Positions 28,717 to 38,151 of a stretch of DNA of 64,000 nucleotides are shown here, piece by piece. The DNA is from Escherichia phage VEcB, in sequence record NC_052663.1; one strand, 5' to 3'. The notes under the pieces were generated by a model. The model was not told where the DNA came from and ran no database searches. It was given only the letters and a program-made list of their open reading frames with translations. Position numbers and translations under genes: made by a program. Numbering within the stretch: the stretch's first letter is position 1; the number at the start of each line of letters is the position of its first letter.

Positions 28717-29373
28717 TTAGCCTCGAAATACTGTTTTTGTTTCCGCCAGGTGACAATAGAAATCCGCTTTGTTTACAAGAGTGTTGTACACCTCTGGATA
28801 AAAATGTTCTTCCTCTTTGTAACGATCCGCTGTTTCCCTGATTGACTTAGCTTTATCCTTTAGCCAAGCAAAGTGTGCCTCTTCCTCTGTAGCGAAGTAG
28901 CCTAAATGCTTACCTTTACTTCCAGAGGCTTTTGCATAAATCTTACCATCTTTCCTAACATGTGCTCCTAGTAAGTATTTTCTTTCATACCTTTTAGCAT
29001 AACTTAAGAGTGTATTTATGTAAGGAGGAACAAACCTACAATATTCAGGACAATAAACAGTATTTCCTTCAAGAACAAGATCTTTATCTAAAACAAAGCC
29101 TTCCACGCTATGTTCCTGATACCAGTTATCAAAGTTTGAAAAGGTGAACCAAGCATCACACACGGTAACATCTTTATAACCTGGTCTAATGTTTTCCATA
29201 TTATATGCACGATTAAACATACCCTTCCAAGCTGCATAAGAAGGGTCTATGAATGTATTAACCCTTTTCCCATTGATAACACCACCTTCCCACAATCTAC
29301 GTTCAACATCCACAATCAAGGGGATTTCTCCCCTCTCTGTGAGAACGGTAACTTTACGTTTACCCTTCTTCAT
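28717..29373 (-). CDS. homing-endonuclease-like protein with C-terminal AP2 domain
   Basis: LGYFATEEEAHFAW AP2-type motif; paralog of 40297-40926; sits between nrdB and nrdA. Confidence 0.4.
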   Translation of the reverse strand: MKKGKRKVTVLTERGEIPLIVDVERRLWEGGVINGKRVNTFIDPSYAAWKGMFNRAYNMENIRPGYKDVTVCDAWFTFSNFDNWYQEHSVEGFVLDKDLVLEGNTVYCPEYCRFVPPYINTLLSYAKRYERKYLLGAHVRKDGKIYAKASGSKGKHLGYFATEEEAHFAWLKDKAKSIRETADRYKEEEHFYPEVYNTLVNKADFYCHLAETKTVFRG

Positions 29374-29384
29374 CTGTTCTCCTA

Positions 29385-31649
29385 CTACATTTTACAGGCA
29401 CTACACCCTTCGTCTTCAGAATCTTCTTGTGCAAAAGAGTCTGCTGATTTTGTTCTACTATTTAGATAGTACAAAGATTTACCACCAAGTTTTGCAAACT
29501 GAAGGATATATTGCATTTCTGATTTAATGGATAAACGACCACCTTCCATTTTAGAATAGTCAATCCACTTGTCACATGATGCGCCTTGATCTAAGAATTT
29601 AGTCAATAGTCCATATGCTTCAGCCATATCTTTATCTGGCGTATCCCAAGCCGATTGGTAAATATCTTTTAGTTTATCGTAATCTGGCACAATAAACAAG
29701 ACATTACCTTTTTGGCTTTGTTTATAAACTATAGTATCACGTACAGGATACACAGAGTTAGTCGTATTACTTACAAGACTACTGGACTCATTCGGAGCAA
29801 TAGCTGCTAATACACTATTTCTGATACCACCTTGTGCAATTATATCTTGTCGTAAACCTTCCCAATCCATTTTAAGTTTAAAATTACCAATATCATCTAC
29901 AGCTTTAGCGTAGGTATCAATAGGCAACCATCCTTCAGGCCATTTGGTTTTATGCATCCATTCTGCATTACCTTTCTCTTTTGCCAAACGAAGAGAAGCT
30001 CTTGCTAACCAATAATAATGTCTTTCTGCTAATTCGTGAATTAGTTTTTTGCCGTAAGGATCTGAATAAGTAACAAAATTACTTGCCAGATAATGTGCAA
30101 GGTTTGTAATACCTACACCGATAGACCTACGTGCTTTAGCAGTGATTTCGTTATGTTTAAACGGATACTGCATTGTTTCAATCACATTATCAATAGTTAG
30201 AACGGTATAATATGCAACATCTTCATATTCTTCTGGTGTAACACGACCAGCTACAATAGAAGACAGGAAGCATAATGCCAATTCTTGGTCTTCTGTATTC
30301 TCACCTGTGAAAAGATCAGTCATACTGTGAAATGCTTTCGTAGGTAAGAAAATTTCTTGGCACAAGTTTGACTGATAAATAACATCCTTAAACGGAGTAT
30401 GCTTATTAGCATTATCCGCAAAGAACATATAAATACGTCCTGTCTCTGCTCTTTGTGTAATAATTTCTGCCAGAAGATCTCGTGCTTTTACAAACTTCTT
30501 CTTAATTCGTTTGCGACTAACTTTTTCATATACTTCTTCAAACTCTTCCTCGCTTTTATAAAGCGCCTCATAGAGTTCTGGTGCTTCGTCATAACTGACT
30601 AGCATCCAATCTTTACCTTTTGCTGCACGGCGCAGGAAAGCATTGTTTACTACAATAGAGTAATCAAGTTTATCTACTCGTTTTTCACTAACAGTAGTTG
30701 GGTTTTTCAAACGTACCAGATCTTCAAAATCAGGTTCTAATATTGTAAACGTTACTGTTGCACTTCCACCACGACTTGCTTGTTTTGATGCTCCAACACT
30801 TGTTTCCATCCATTTCAGATATGGTAAAAGACCACCGTGAACGATACGGTTGTTCTTAACACCTTGTCCTGTAGCACGGGTTTGGAGGTTAACACCAATA
30901 CCTGCATTATTCAATGTATATTCATGAGCAAGATAGTTAGCAATTGCTAAAGATTCTGCTGTATCATCTGCTCTAAACAGACAACAAGAAGCACTACCTT
31001 TAATCTTAGTACGCAACGTTGTTAAATAAGGTGATGGTAAATTAATCTTAAGATCACTTACGTAGGTATATAGACGTTTAATGTCTTCTACTCTGCGATC
31101 TTTTGGTTGGATTTCCATTACCTTCATTGCTACACCAATGAATAAAAATTGTGGTGATTCAAAAACCACATCATTGATCGCATCTTTCACAAGATACTTA
31201 TCAACCATCTGGCGCAGTACGGAATAACCATAAGTTAGGTTTTTATCATGATTGATAATTTTACCAATCTCAATAATTTCTTCTTCTGTATAATCCATTT
31301 TCCCCCAATAGCCTTTACTTACAGACATATTGTAGAAATCCAGGAGGGAGGGGATATTATGATATCCCCCATGAGCCTGTTTATAGATCATACCAAGAAG
31401 TAACCGACCTGCCATATCACTATATGCCTGATCTTTCTTATCAATACATGCTGCTATCATAGCTTTATGTAAATCACGAGTAGGCACACCGTCGTAACAA
31501 CGTTTAACAGCTTCGAGTTCGATTTCAGACCAATTTAATTTACCAGCAGCAAACTCTGACCATTTACGAAGTTTTTCTGGATTAAATTCTTCTTTCTTGC
31601 CGTTTGTTTTTGTTACATAACGGATAGATTTGCTTAGATACTGAGTCAC
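29385..31649 (-). CDS. nrdA: ribonucleotide reductase large subunit (class I)
   Basis: 754 aa, C-terminal CSAC redox pair, adjacent nrdB. Confidence 0.9.
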   Translation of the reverse strand: MTQYLSKSIRYVTKTNGKKEEFNPEKLRKWSEFAAGKLNWSEIELEAVKRCYDGVPTRDLHKAMIAACIDKKDQAYSDMAGRLLLGMIYKQAHGGYHNIPSLLDFYNMSVSKGYWGKMDYTEEEIIEIGKIINHDKNLTYGYSVLRQMVDKYLVKDAINDVVFESPQFLFIGVAMKVMEIQPKDRRVEDIKRLYTYVSDLKINLPSPYLTTLRTKIKGSASCCLFRADDTAESLAIANYLAHEYTLNNAGIGVNLQTRATGQGVKNNRIVHGGLLPYLKWMETSVGASKQASRGGSATVTFTILEPDFEDLVRLKNPTTVSEKRVDKLDYSIVVNNAFLRRAAKGKDWMLVSYDEAPELYEALYKSEEEFEEVYEKVSRKRIKKKFVKARDLLAEIITQRAETGRIYMFFADNANKHTPFKDVIYQSNLCQEIFLPTKAFHSMTDLFTGENTEDQELALCFLSSIVAGRVTPEEYEDVAYYTVLTIDNVIETMQYPFKHNEITAKARRSIGVGITNLAHYLASNFVTYSDPYGKKLIHELAERHYYWLARASLRLAKEKGNAEWMHKTKWPEGWLPIDTYAKAVDDIGNFKLKMDWEGLRQDIIAQGGIRNSVLAAIAPNESSSLVSNTTNSVYPVRDTIVYKQSQKGNVLFIVPDYDKLKDIYQSAWDTPDKDMAEAYGLLTKFLDQGASCDKWIDYSKMEGGRLSIKSEMQYILQFAKLGGKSLYYLNSRTKSADSFAQEDSEDEGCSACKM

Positions 31650-31660
31650 TTCCTCTCCTA

Positions 31661-31921
31661 TTAATTGTGCATGTTTAGAACATCTACATCATAACCGCCA
31701 CGCATCTCATTATATAAACCATTTGCGTATAGAAAACCTTCAAAATGATCTATACCTTCAAAACCTTTTGCCTTTGCTTTGCGGTCTGCTTCTTGTCTTT
31801 TTGGGGATAATCTTTTAGATGTATCAAGGATAACTGTTACATTGCAACCTAATGTTTCATCAAAATAGACTTCAATTTCACAGCCTTCATATTTATTACT
31901 TTCTGTCATTTGGCCTCTCAA
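31661..31921 (-). CDS. hypothetical protein
   Basis: 86-aa ORF. Confidence 0.4.
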   Translation of the reverse strand: MRGQMTESNKYEGCEIEVYFDETLGCNVTVILDTSKRLSPKRQEADRKAKAKGFEGIDHFEGFLYANGLYNEMRGGYDVDVLNMHN

Positions 31922-32332
31922 TTAGAATTCAGAATCATCATCTCGTGATGGATCATGTTCATTTCCGAAGTCTTCCATTTTGATATGAGAGCTACCCCAA
32001 CCTGTAAAATCTTCTTCTCCAAAGTGCAAAATATCTACACCTTGATAGATTCGCTTATATTTATAGTCTTGTCGAACTGGGAAAGTATACAATGTAGTAT
32101 TTGCAAACACCACACGTCGATTGTTGTTACTACGAATATTAACACCACGTTCTACTGTATAATGTCCATCGGTAGACATACCAAGCATTACTAATGCTGC
32201 TCGCAATGTGGTGTTATGATACTCGTGAGGAATTTTTCCTCCGTGCTTTTTAGCCATTTCTTTCCAGATCGGTGTAGCCTTAATGGTAGACATACTTACG
32301 GTCGCCCAAATGGTTGTATTAATTAGTGACAT
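31922..32332 (-). CDS. hypothetical protein
   Basis: 136-aa ORF. Confidence 0.45.
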   Translation of the reverse strand: MSLINTTIWATVSMSTIKATPIWKEMAKKHGGKIPHEYHNTTLRAALVMLGMSTDGHYTVERGVNIRSNNNRRVVFANTTLYTFPVRQDYKYKRIYQGVDILHFGEEDFTGWGSSHIKMEDFGNEHDPSRDDDSEF

Positions 32333-32429
32333 AAATTCTCCTTCTCTCTTTTAAGGAGAGCATAGCTCTCCTAACGTTAGCCTATACTACACGAATCTCA
32401 ATTAAAAGTCAACTATAATTTTAAGTTGA

Positions 32430-33401
32430 TCACCATTTTGTATGGTTCGTCAAAAGTTGACGATGTTGAATCCAACCACAGAAGTTTCCACTCCACAAAC
32501 GATGTTTACGATCCATATGTGTAATACCTTCTTCCCAAGAGGAAGGGAACGGAGGAATATTAATACCACCTTTCTGTTGTTTTAATCCTGACAAATCCAT
32601 TTCTTTCATTGGCGTTGCCTGGTGTTCAAACGGAGATGCATGTACCTTTTGTCCAGACAGCAAACGAGAATAGATATCCAATGCTTTATCTTTAGTATCA
32701 TTCAATTTACGATAACTTACCTGAGCGCAACAAGAAGCTGAAATAGCTTTTGCTTCCTCTTCTGTCAACATTTTCTCGTTGGAGAAGGTTTCACCCAAGA
32801 AATAACGGATCATACCAGTTTCTGGATCTCGATCACGATTAACGTAAGGTGTATGCCATTCCCCTGGGAAAAGAAGATATGGTTCAGAAGATTCATACAG
32901 TTTTTTAATTTCTTTAGCAAGAGCCTCAATAGTAGGATCTGCATCAGCATCTACGCGCAACCACAAGAAGTTTTCTAGCTCTGTAGCGGTTACTACAGTC
33001 TTCATACGCTGGAATGGTTCTAGTAGGCGGTTTGCAACCTGTTTATGATAACCAGCAAGGGCAAACTCTTCTGCAAAACGTGCAGCACTTAGTGCAGCCA
33101 AGTCCCACCATTCTTTTGCAGTGTAACCTGCATCAATCAGGGCATCGTGATCTGTGCCTTTATCTTGCATACCTGGTTGGTTAGCACCAAAACGATAAGG
33201 ACGTGCTGGAGATTGCCGTACCATTTCAATTAGAGTTTTAACAGGGATAGCTCGACTTGATGCGGCATTACGAGAAAACAAACGATGCGTCATCAATTCA
33301 GAGTGAATGATTCGAGGATATTCAAGTTCAAAGGTAACAATATCCTTACCTTCGGATGTTTGAGAGTGTGCAATAATTTTTGCTGAAATAGAATTTGTCA
33401 T
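32430..33401 (-). CDS. thyX: flavin-dependent thymidylate synthase
   Basis: ELMTHRLFSRNAASSR matches the ThyX RHR-x7-S-x-R signature. Confidence 0.7.
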   Translation of the reverse strand: MTNSISAKIIAHSQTSEGKDIVTFELEYPRIIHSELMTHRLFSRNAASSRAIPVKTLIEMVRQSPARPYRFGANQPGMQDKGTDHDALIDAGYTAKEWWDLAALSAARFAEEFALAGYHKQVANRLLEPFQRMKTVVTATELENFLWLRVDADADPTIEALAKEIKKLYESSEPYLLFPGEWHTPYVNRDRDPETGMIRYFLGETFSNEKMLTEEEAKAISASCCAQVSYRKLNDTKDKALDIYSRLLSGQKVHASPFEHQATPMKEMDLSGLKQQKGGINIPPFPSSWEEGITHMDRKHRLWSGNFCGWIQHRQLLTNHTKW

Positions 33402-33410
33402 TATTTCTCC

Positions 33411-34001
33411 TTAAGGTAGTAAAATACTTTCAATTTCTTCCCACTGATTATCTAAACCAGTGATAATTACATTAGGAAGTTTCTTTAACTCTTCCAAGTA
33501 TGGATCTTCGTAAATAGTGTTGAAATATATTTTCAACGTTTCATCTGGAAATAGGACAAGATTTTCAGCCCTATCGTCAATAGTTACGTCGCAAGGTAAT
33601 AAGTATTTTTCTTTTGTTGCGAAAAAGCCATTACCAGATGTTCTGCTAAAGTCCACTTTATCTAAAGATCGTGTTACGTGTCTATATTTAGAACTAAGGT
33701 GTCCACCCTTAGTGTGGCTTGCTATAGATATATTAGCTCCATTTGCAATTATACGATGAACAACATCTGTACTATTAGGTACTACTCCCATAGTATCATA
33801 TAGATGTTGGTTATCCCAAAAAGAGTAAGGATCTACACCAAATTGCTTTTTAAAATCAGGAAAATATTTCGTAATATCATAATGCACAGTCTTTTGTGTC
33901 TTATCAAACTTGATATTAGATCTACTTACCGCATTTAACCAACTCAACCATTCTATATCGGCAGGAGCTATTACTAAATCCCAATCACATACTAGACGCA
34001 T
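33411..34001 (-). CDS. putative 5'(3')-deoxyribonucleotidase (HAD family)
   Basis: start moved to internal Met so CDWDLV (DxD motif) is N-terminal; IDDRAEN downstream; ORF track end 34115 overlapped tdk. Confidence 0.45.
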   Translation of the reverse strand: MRLVCDWDLVIAPADIEWLSWLNAVSRSNIKFDKTQKTVHYDITKYFPDFKKQFGVDPYSFWDNQHLYDTMGVVPNSTDVVHRIIANGANISIASHTKGGHLSSKYRHVTRSLDKVDFSRTSGNGFFATKEKYLLPCDVTIDDRAENLVLFPDETLKIYFNTIYEDPYLEELKKLPNVIITGLDNQWEEIESILLP

Positions 34002-34548
34002 TATTTCTCCTGTTATAACATTTTCTACACATTGTTTCGTAAATATCTTCTCCTCCAATAACAATCTGTTCTTTAGAGTCGATAAGTCTAGCATTGAAAA
34101 TAGCTTTTCTTCCACATTTACAAATGCTTTTCAATTCTGTAATTGAATCTGCTATGGCTAATAACCGTTCAGAACCTTCAAACAATTCTGTAGCAAAATC
34201 TGTTTTAAGCCCATAACAGAATACAGGAATATCGTAATTATCTACCACATCTCCAAGAATGTCAACCATATCTTTAGTTAGGAATTGTGATTCGTCCACA
34301 AACACTGCATCTACTGGATTTTCTTTAAGTTGTGTATAAATTTCCAGCATATCTTCTTTTGTTTTTACTGGTTTTGCTTCCTCTTTAATACCTATCCTAG
34401 AAGCAATAGCACAACCAGATCTGGTATCTAAAGCTGAAGTTAAAAGAAGAACTTTCATATTTCTTTCTTTATAGTTCCAAGCTGTTTGTAGCAGATGTGT
34501 GCTTTTACCACTGTTCATCGGACTATATCGGAAATAAAGTTTAGCCAT
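33985..34548 (-). CDS. tdk: thymidine kinase
   Basis: P-loop SPMNSGKST, C-terminal CKCG...CRKC zinc motif. Confidence 0.85.
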   Translation of the reverse strand: MAKLYFRYSPMNSGKSTHLLQTAWNYKERNMKVLLLTSALDTRSGCAIASRIGIKEEAKPVKTKEDMLEIYTQLKENPVDAVFVDESQFLTKDMVDILGDVVDNYDIPVFCYGLKTDFATELFEGSERLLAIADSITELKSICKCGRKAIFNARLIDSKEQIVIGGEDIYETMCRKCYNRRNNASSM

Positions 34549-34562
34549 ATTTTCTCCTCTAA

Positions 34563-34582
34563 CGCTCCCATTTGTGGGAGCG
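34563..34582. other. stem-loop CGCTCCCA-TTTG-TGGGAGCG between HNH gene and tdk
   Basis: 8-bp perfect inverted repeat; orientation of function unclear. Confidence 0.4.
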
Positions 34583-34593
34583 ATAATACTTTA

Positions 34594-35169
34594 TTATTTC
34601 TCTTCGTCAAGAAGAATTTTTACTATTTGTTTTCTTCGCTTACTTACTGTACTTTCTGGTGAAATTCCGCGCTTCGTTAGCCAATTTTTATCCTTTTTAG
34701 ACTGGCATAAAGCTATCGCTTCCTTCTCCGCTTTTGCTTCCCTGAATGTCATATCGTGCTTGTCAGCATAAGCCAAGATAGCGTTACACTGCTTACAAAC
34801 TACACGCAGGTCGTCTTCTGTTACGTACAATAGGCGTAAAACAAAACTTGGGATATCTTCATAACAGGTTAATGTACCTGCTGCATTAATATGGTCTACT
34901 TGAAAGTCTTTCATACCTCCTGTATGTCCACACAATTCACACTTACAATTCCAAACCTGTTTCGGTTTGCCTGTTTTCTTATCTAAAACTATATTTCCAT
35001 CTTTATCCAACCTATCCGCTTTAAATCGTACAGATTGGATCTTTTTTATCTTATTCGGGTGTCTCACCCATGCTTTCCTTAAGCAACCCCTTAAATATGT
35101 ATAAAAGGCTGCTTGAGTTTTCCAAGGTGTTCCATCTCCCCAAATAACTTTAGGTTCTTTATTTTCCAA
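34594..35169 (-). CDS. HNH endonuclease
   Basis: CELCGHTG...DHINAAG...CKQCN HNH zinc motif. Confidence 0.7.
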   Translation of the reverse strand: MENKEPKVIWGDGTPWKTQAAFYTYLRGCLRKAWVRHPNKIKKIQSVRFKADRLDKDGNIVLDKKTGKPKQVWNCKCELCGHTGGMKDFQVDHINAAGTLTCYEDIPSFVLRLLYVTEDDLRVVCKQCNAILAYADKHDMTFREAKAEKEAIALCQSKKDKNWLTKRGISPESTVSKRRKQIVKILLDEEK

Positions 35170-35353
35170 TAGTGCTCACCTTTTTAGCTACATAATCTCC
35201 TGGTGGAATGTTATATTTAAAGAAAAGCATACGGTCTAAACCAGCCTTACACATGTTTTCTGGGATTGTGATTGTATATAAGAGTTTATCTCCACGTTTA
35301 TTGTATATTTTATATACTTCACCCTCTCCGTATTGTTTACCGTGAGAAGCCAT
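35159..35353 (-). CDS. hypothetical protein
   Basis: 64-aa ORF. Confidence 0.35.
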   Translation of the reverse strand: MASHGKQYGEGEVYKIYNKRGDKLLYTITIPENMCKAGLDRMLFFKYNIPPGDYVAKKVSTIGK

Positions 35354-35738
35354 CTACGCTCTCCTTCAATGTTTCAATAGCATCTGCTGCTTCAATATAC
35401 TTACCTTTGTACATTGCTTTTAAAGCCTTACGAACAAGATCATCATCTGTGTATAAATCAATTAGCTGATTAGCTAACTCAATTTTTACAGGATTTTTTA
35501 AGTTAGGGTAGGCTTCATACAACATATTGTAATACTTATCACTTAATTCTTTTTCAATATGAATAACGTGAATCGCTTTGTTTAGGTTGATCATACGATC
35601 ACCTTTGTTTCGACAAGCATACTTAGCTAACTTAGTGAAACAAGGAGTTGCACCAATTAGATATGCAAGTTCCAAAGGTTGCATACGCATACGTTTGTAG
35701 TGATCACCATCAATTTGAATATCCAGTGCTGTAGTCAT
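35337..35738 (-). CDS. hypothetical protein
   Basis: 133-aa ORF. Confidence 0.45.
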   Translation of the reverse strand: MTTALDIQIDGDHYKRMRMQPLELAYLIGATPCFTKLAKYACRNKGDRMINLNKAIHVIHIEKELSDKYYNMLYEAYPNLKNPVKIELANQLIDLYTDDDLVRKALKAMYKGKYIEAADAIETLKESVDGFSR

Positions 35739-35756
35739 AAATCCTCCAAAAATAAA

Positions 35757-35770
35757 GGGGCTTTCGCCCC
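35757..35770 (-). terminator. terminator hairpin GGGGC-GAAA-GCCCC flanked by A/T runs
   Basis: third copy of the motif; downstream of exonuclease gene. Confidence 0.5.
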
Positions 35771-35777
35771 TTTTTTA

Positions 35778-36740
35778 TTAAATTCCAATAACAGTGTTTA
35801 CACGCTTCTCTTTGCTACGCAAATTAACACGTCCACGAGACAGGCTATTACATGATGTGCATCTTAGCACTTGGAATGTACTAACCGCTGTTGTGTAAAC
35901 CTTACCAGGAACAACTTCAAGGTGCTCTTTACCGCAACGAGGACAACGAAGTTTTTCATCGTCATAGAATGCAGATACGTTAGGATGTTGTGGAATCCAT
36001 GCACGAAGTTTGATGTAAAGATCTCTAAGAGAAACAACATCACCATCATTGTATGTTTGCATACGGAAGAAGGCATGTCTATCTCCTTCGCAACATGCTT
36101 TCCACAAAGGAAAACCTTCATTATCAAGTTTAAAGTTTTCTGTATCAAAATACAAACACATTTCTTTAAGCGCATTAGAAGGTAGTGCAAACTGCTTCTT
36201 AGCTGCCTTGAGTGTATCAATTACAACATAATGTGATGGTGGCTCCATACCGTGAAAAGCAAAACGTTGGTTAATATAAGCCTTATCAAACTTAATACCA
36301 TTGTGCGCGATCACAATATCTGCATCGTCAAGCAAGTGCCAGAGATCTTGACATAATTCCCAATCATCTGTATGATCTATGTCAAACAAAGGGTAATTGC
36401 TAAGGTTCTTACCTTCTACTTCCCCTGTTTCTAAATCAGCAGATGAATAGGAAAGCAAGTAACCTCGACGAATAACTTGTTCAGGTGCAATAAAGGCTTT
36501 GAAACGTGAGAAGCTATACACAATCTCCGGTGCTGTCTCTACGTCAATAATTTTAATTACTGGCCCACCTTTATCTTGCGGAGCACCTCGATGTGGTGAA
36601 TTTACACGAGCTAAGTAATCATTTACTGTGCTCTTCTTAGTAGAACTTCCCAACACCTCTTGTGCAATCTTACGCGAAGAATAACCTTGTGCTTTCATAG
36701 ATACAATCAAGGCTTTCTGTTCGTCTGTTAATTTACTCAA
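35778..36740 (-). CDS. DnaQ-like 3'-5' exonuclease with N-terminal HTH and C-terminal zinc ribbon
   Basis: IIDVETAP (Exo I DxE) and VIAHNGIKFDKAY motifs; CPRCG...CTSCN. Confidence 0.55.
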   Translation of the reverse strand: MSKLTDEQKALIVSMKAQGYSSRKIAQEVLGSSTKKSTVNDYLARVNSPHRGAPQDKGGPVIKIIDVETAPEIVYSFSRFKAFIAPEQVIRRGYLLSYSSADLETGEVEGKNLSNYPLFDIDHTDDWELCQDLWHLLDDADIVIAHNGIKFDKAYINQRFAFHGMEPPSHYVVIDTLKAAKKQFALPSNALKEMCLYFDTENFKLDNEGFPLWKACCEGDRHAFFRMQTYNDGDVVSLRDLYIKLRAWIPQHPNVSAFYDDEKLRCPRCGKEHLEVVPGKVYTTAVSTFQVLRCTSCNSLSRGRVNLRSKEKRVNTVIGI

Positions 36741-37771
36741 TGTTCCTCCTGCTCTGAAATATATGCTTGTAGCATACTTTCAAAAGTTGTTTCATCATTC
36801 GCCCAACGTTTCATATATACCAACTGAAAAATTGTCTCTATCCATTCATCAGTTGTCATTTCTACTTCTTCACCATCCCAAGAAGTAAATTTAACGCCAT
36901 CTGGGAACCATTCATAATACTGATCTTTAACTGTCTGAAAAAGTTCAGCCTGTGTTTTACATTTGGAAATAAGATTAAAGCAAGTAATATCTCCAAACTT
37001 AACATCGAAATCTTGGTAAGGTCGAATACTATCTGTCTTATCGCCCATTAGCATTTGATAAGCTAACCAGTAACTACCCCAACCCTTAACTTCTTTTTTC
37101 TTACCTTTTTCTACGATCCAGATATCACCGATAGATTCATCAATCAGAATAACACAAGGATTTTTATAAACACCATCCTCTTTATAAAAGTTAAAGAGTA
37201 AACTTGGTGTGTGTAAGCTATCTTTGTCGATAGATGCTACAATATGAGAAAACTTACCAGTTTCCTTGTAGGCTTTATACCCTGCATATCCATAGATTTC
37301 TAAAGCATCATCTGCCTCAATACCAGTAACAACGTCACCGTTATGTTTTTCAACTAGATAATCTTTAGTATCTGATAATTGGATTGGTCTTAAATCTGAT
37401 CGTTCTGATTTATATTCTTTTGGCATTTTGAAAGAATGCCGGAAGGTTTTTCCTACCCCGATGACACCGCAATACTTTTGAAGTTTTAGGTGATCCACCA
37501 TCTGGGTTATTTTTGTCTTTGCAGCTTGAAACGTAAAAGAAATATTCTCTGGGACTATTTGAACATCTTTTATTTCAAAATCTTCCTTGGAGAACAACTT
37601 CTTACCAGCAGCTTCGCGTTGCGCGTTAAGTGCTCCTAACCATCCTCCAATATTTTTTGAAGATTTACCCCAAAAATCTGTTCTTGTTTCAAACTCTTTT
37701 ACATTACCGGAAGCCTTGTGTACAGCGTGGATTTTTCTTTGTTCTAAAGCTGAAGACGCTTGGAACGCCAC
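36737..37771 (-). CDS. putative 5'-3' exonuclease / flap endonuclease (RNase H-like)
   Basis: GIEADDALE and LMGDKTDSI resemble FEN family metal-binding motifs. Confidence 0.45.
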   Translation of the reverse strand: MAFQASSALEQRKIHAVHKASGNVKEFETRTDFWGKSSKNIGGWLGALNAQREAAGKKLFSKEDFEIKDVQIVPENISFTFQAAKTKITQMVDHLKLQKYCGVIGVGKTFRHSFKMPKEYKSERSDLRPIQLSDTKDYLVEKHNGDVVTGIEADDALEIYGYAGYKAYKETGKFSHIVASIDKDSLHTPSLLFNFYKEDGVYKNPCVILIDESIGDIWIVEKGKKKEVKGWGSYWLAYQMLMGDKTDSIRPYQDFDVKFGDITCFNLISKCKTQAELFQTVKDQYYEWFPDGVKFTSWDGEEVEMTTDEWIETIFQLVYMKRWANDETTFESMLQAYISEQEEH

Positions 37772-37863
37772 TTGATCGTAGTCTATTGCAAGAATTGTGT
37801 TCTCGTCAACATATTTGTGCAGGTCTTCCGGTTGGATTAAAATGTAACCGCTAATATTACCTC

Positions 37864-38076
37864 CTATTCATCATCTGAAATCTCTGTTGAGAATGTTCGT
37901 GTGTAGGGACACTGACGACTTGCAGAAACCTCTATAACCTTGTCGTACATACCGTTAGAGTAAAAACAGTATTTTGTACTTCCAGAAACTTGTTCTCCAG
38001 AATTAATTAAAGTTATTTGACCAGCATAAGAATAAGAACTGATTACTAAAAGTAAACCGACAAGAAGTTTTTTCAT
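37864..38076 (-). CDS. small secreted protein or lipoprotein
   Basis: N-terminal signal peptide MKKLLVGLLLVISSYSYA. Confidence 0.45.
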   Translation of the reverse strand: MKKLLVGLLLVISSYSYAGQITLINSGEQVSGSTKYCFYSNGMYDKVIEVSASRQCPYTRTFSTEISDDE

Positions 38077-38151
38077 TGGTGTGTCTCCTTAAAAGCCCAC
38101 CTAACTAAGTAGGTAGGCATATTAACACATATTAAATTAGTAAGTCAAGTA

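Noticed and set aside
30399-30602. 67-aa plus-strand ORF
   Set aside because: Antisense inside nrdA.
12158-35770. Possible CRISPR array suggested by the repeated 20-mer hairpin
   Set aside because: Copies are more than 10 kb apart, each at a gene 3' end, with no regular spacers; they are terminators.
35864-36231. ORFs 35864-36220 (-), 35871-36185 (+), 36049-36231 (+)
   Set aside because: Alternative frames or antisense within the exonuclease gene 35778-36740.
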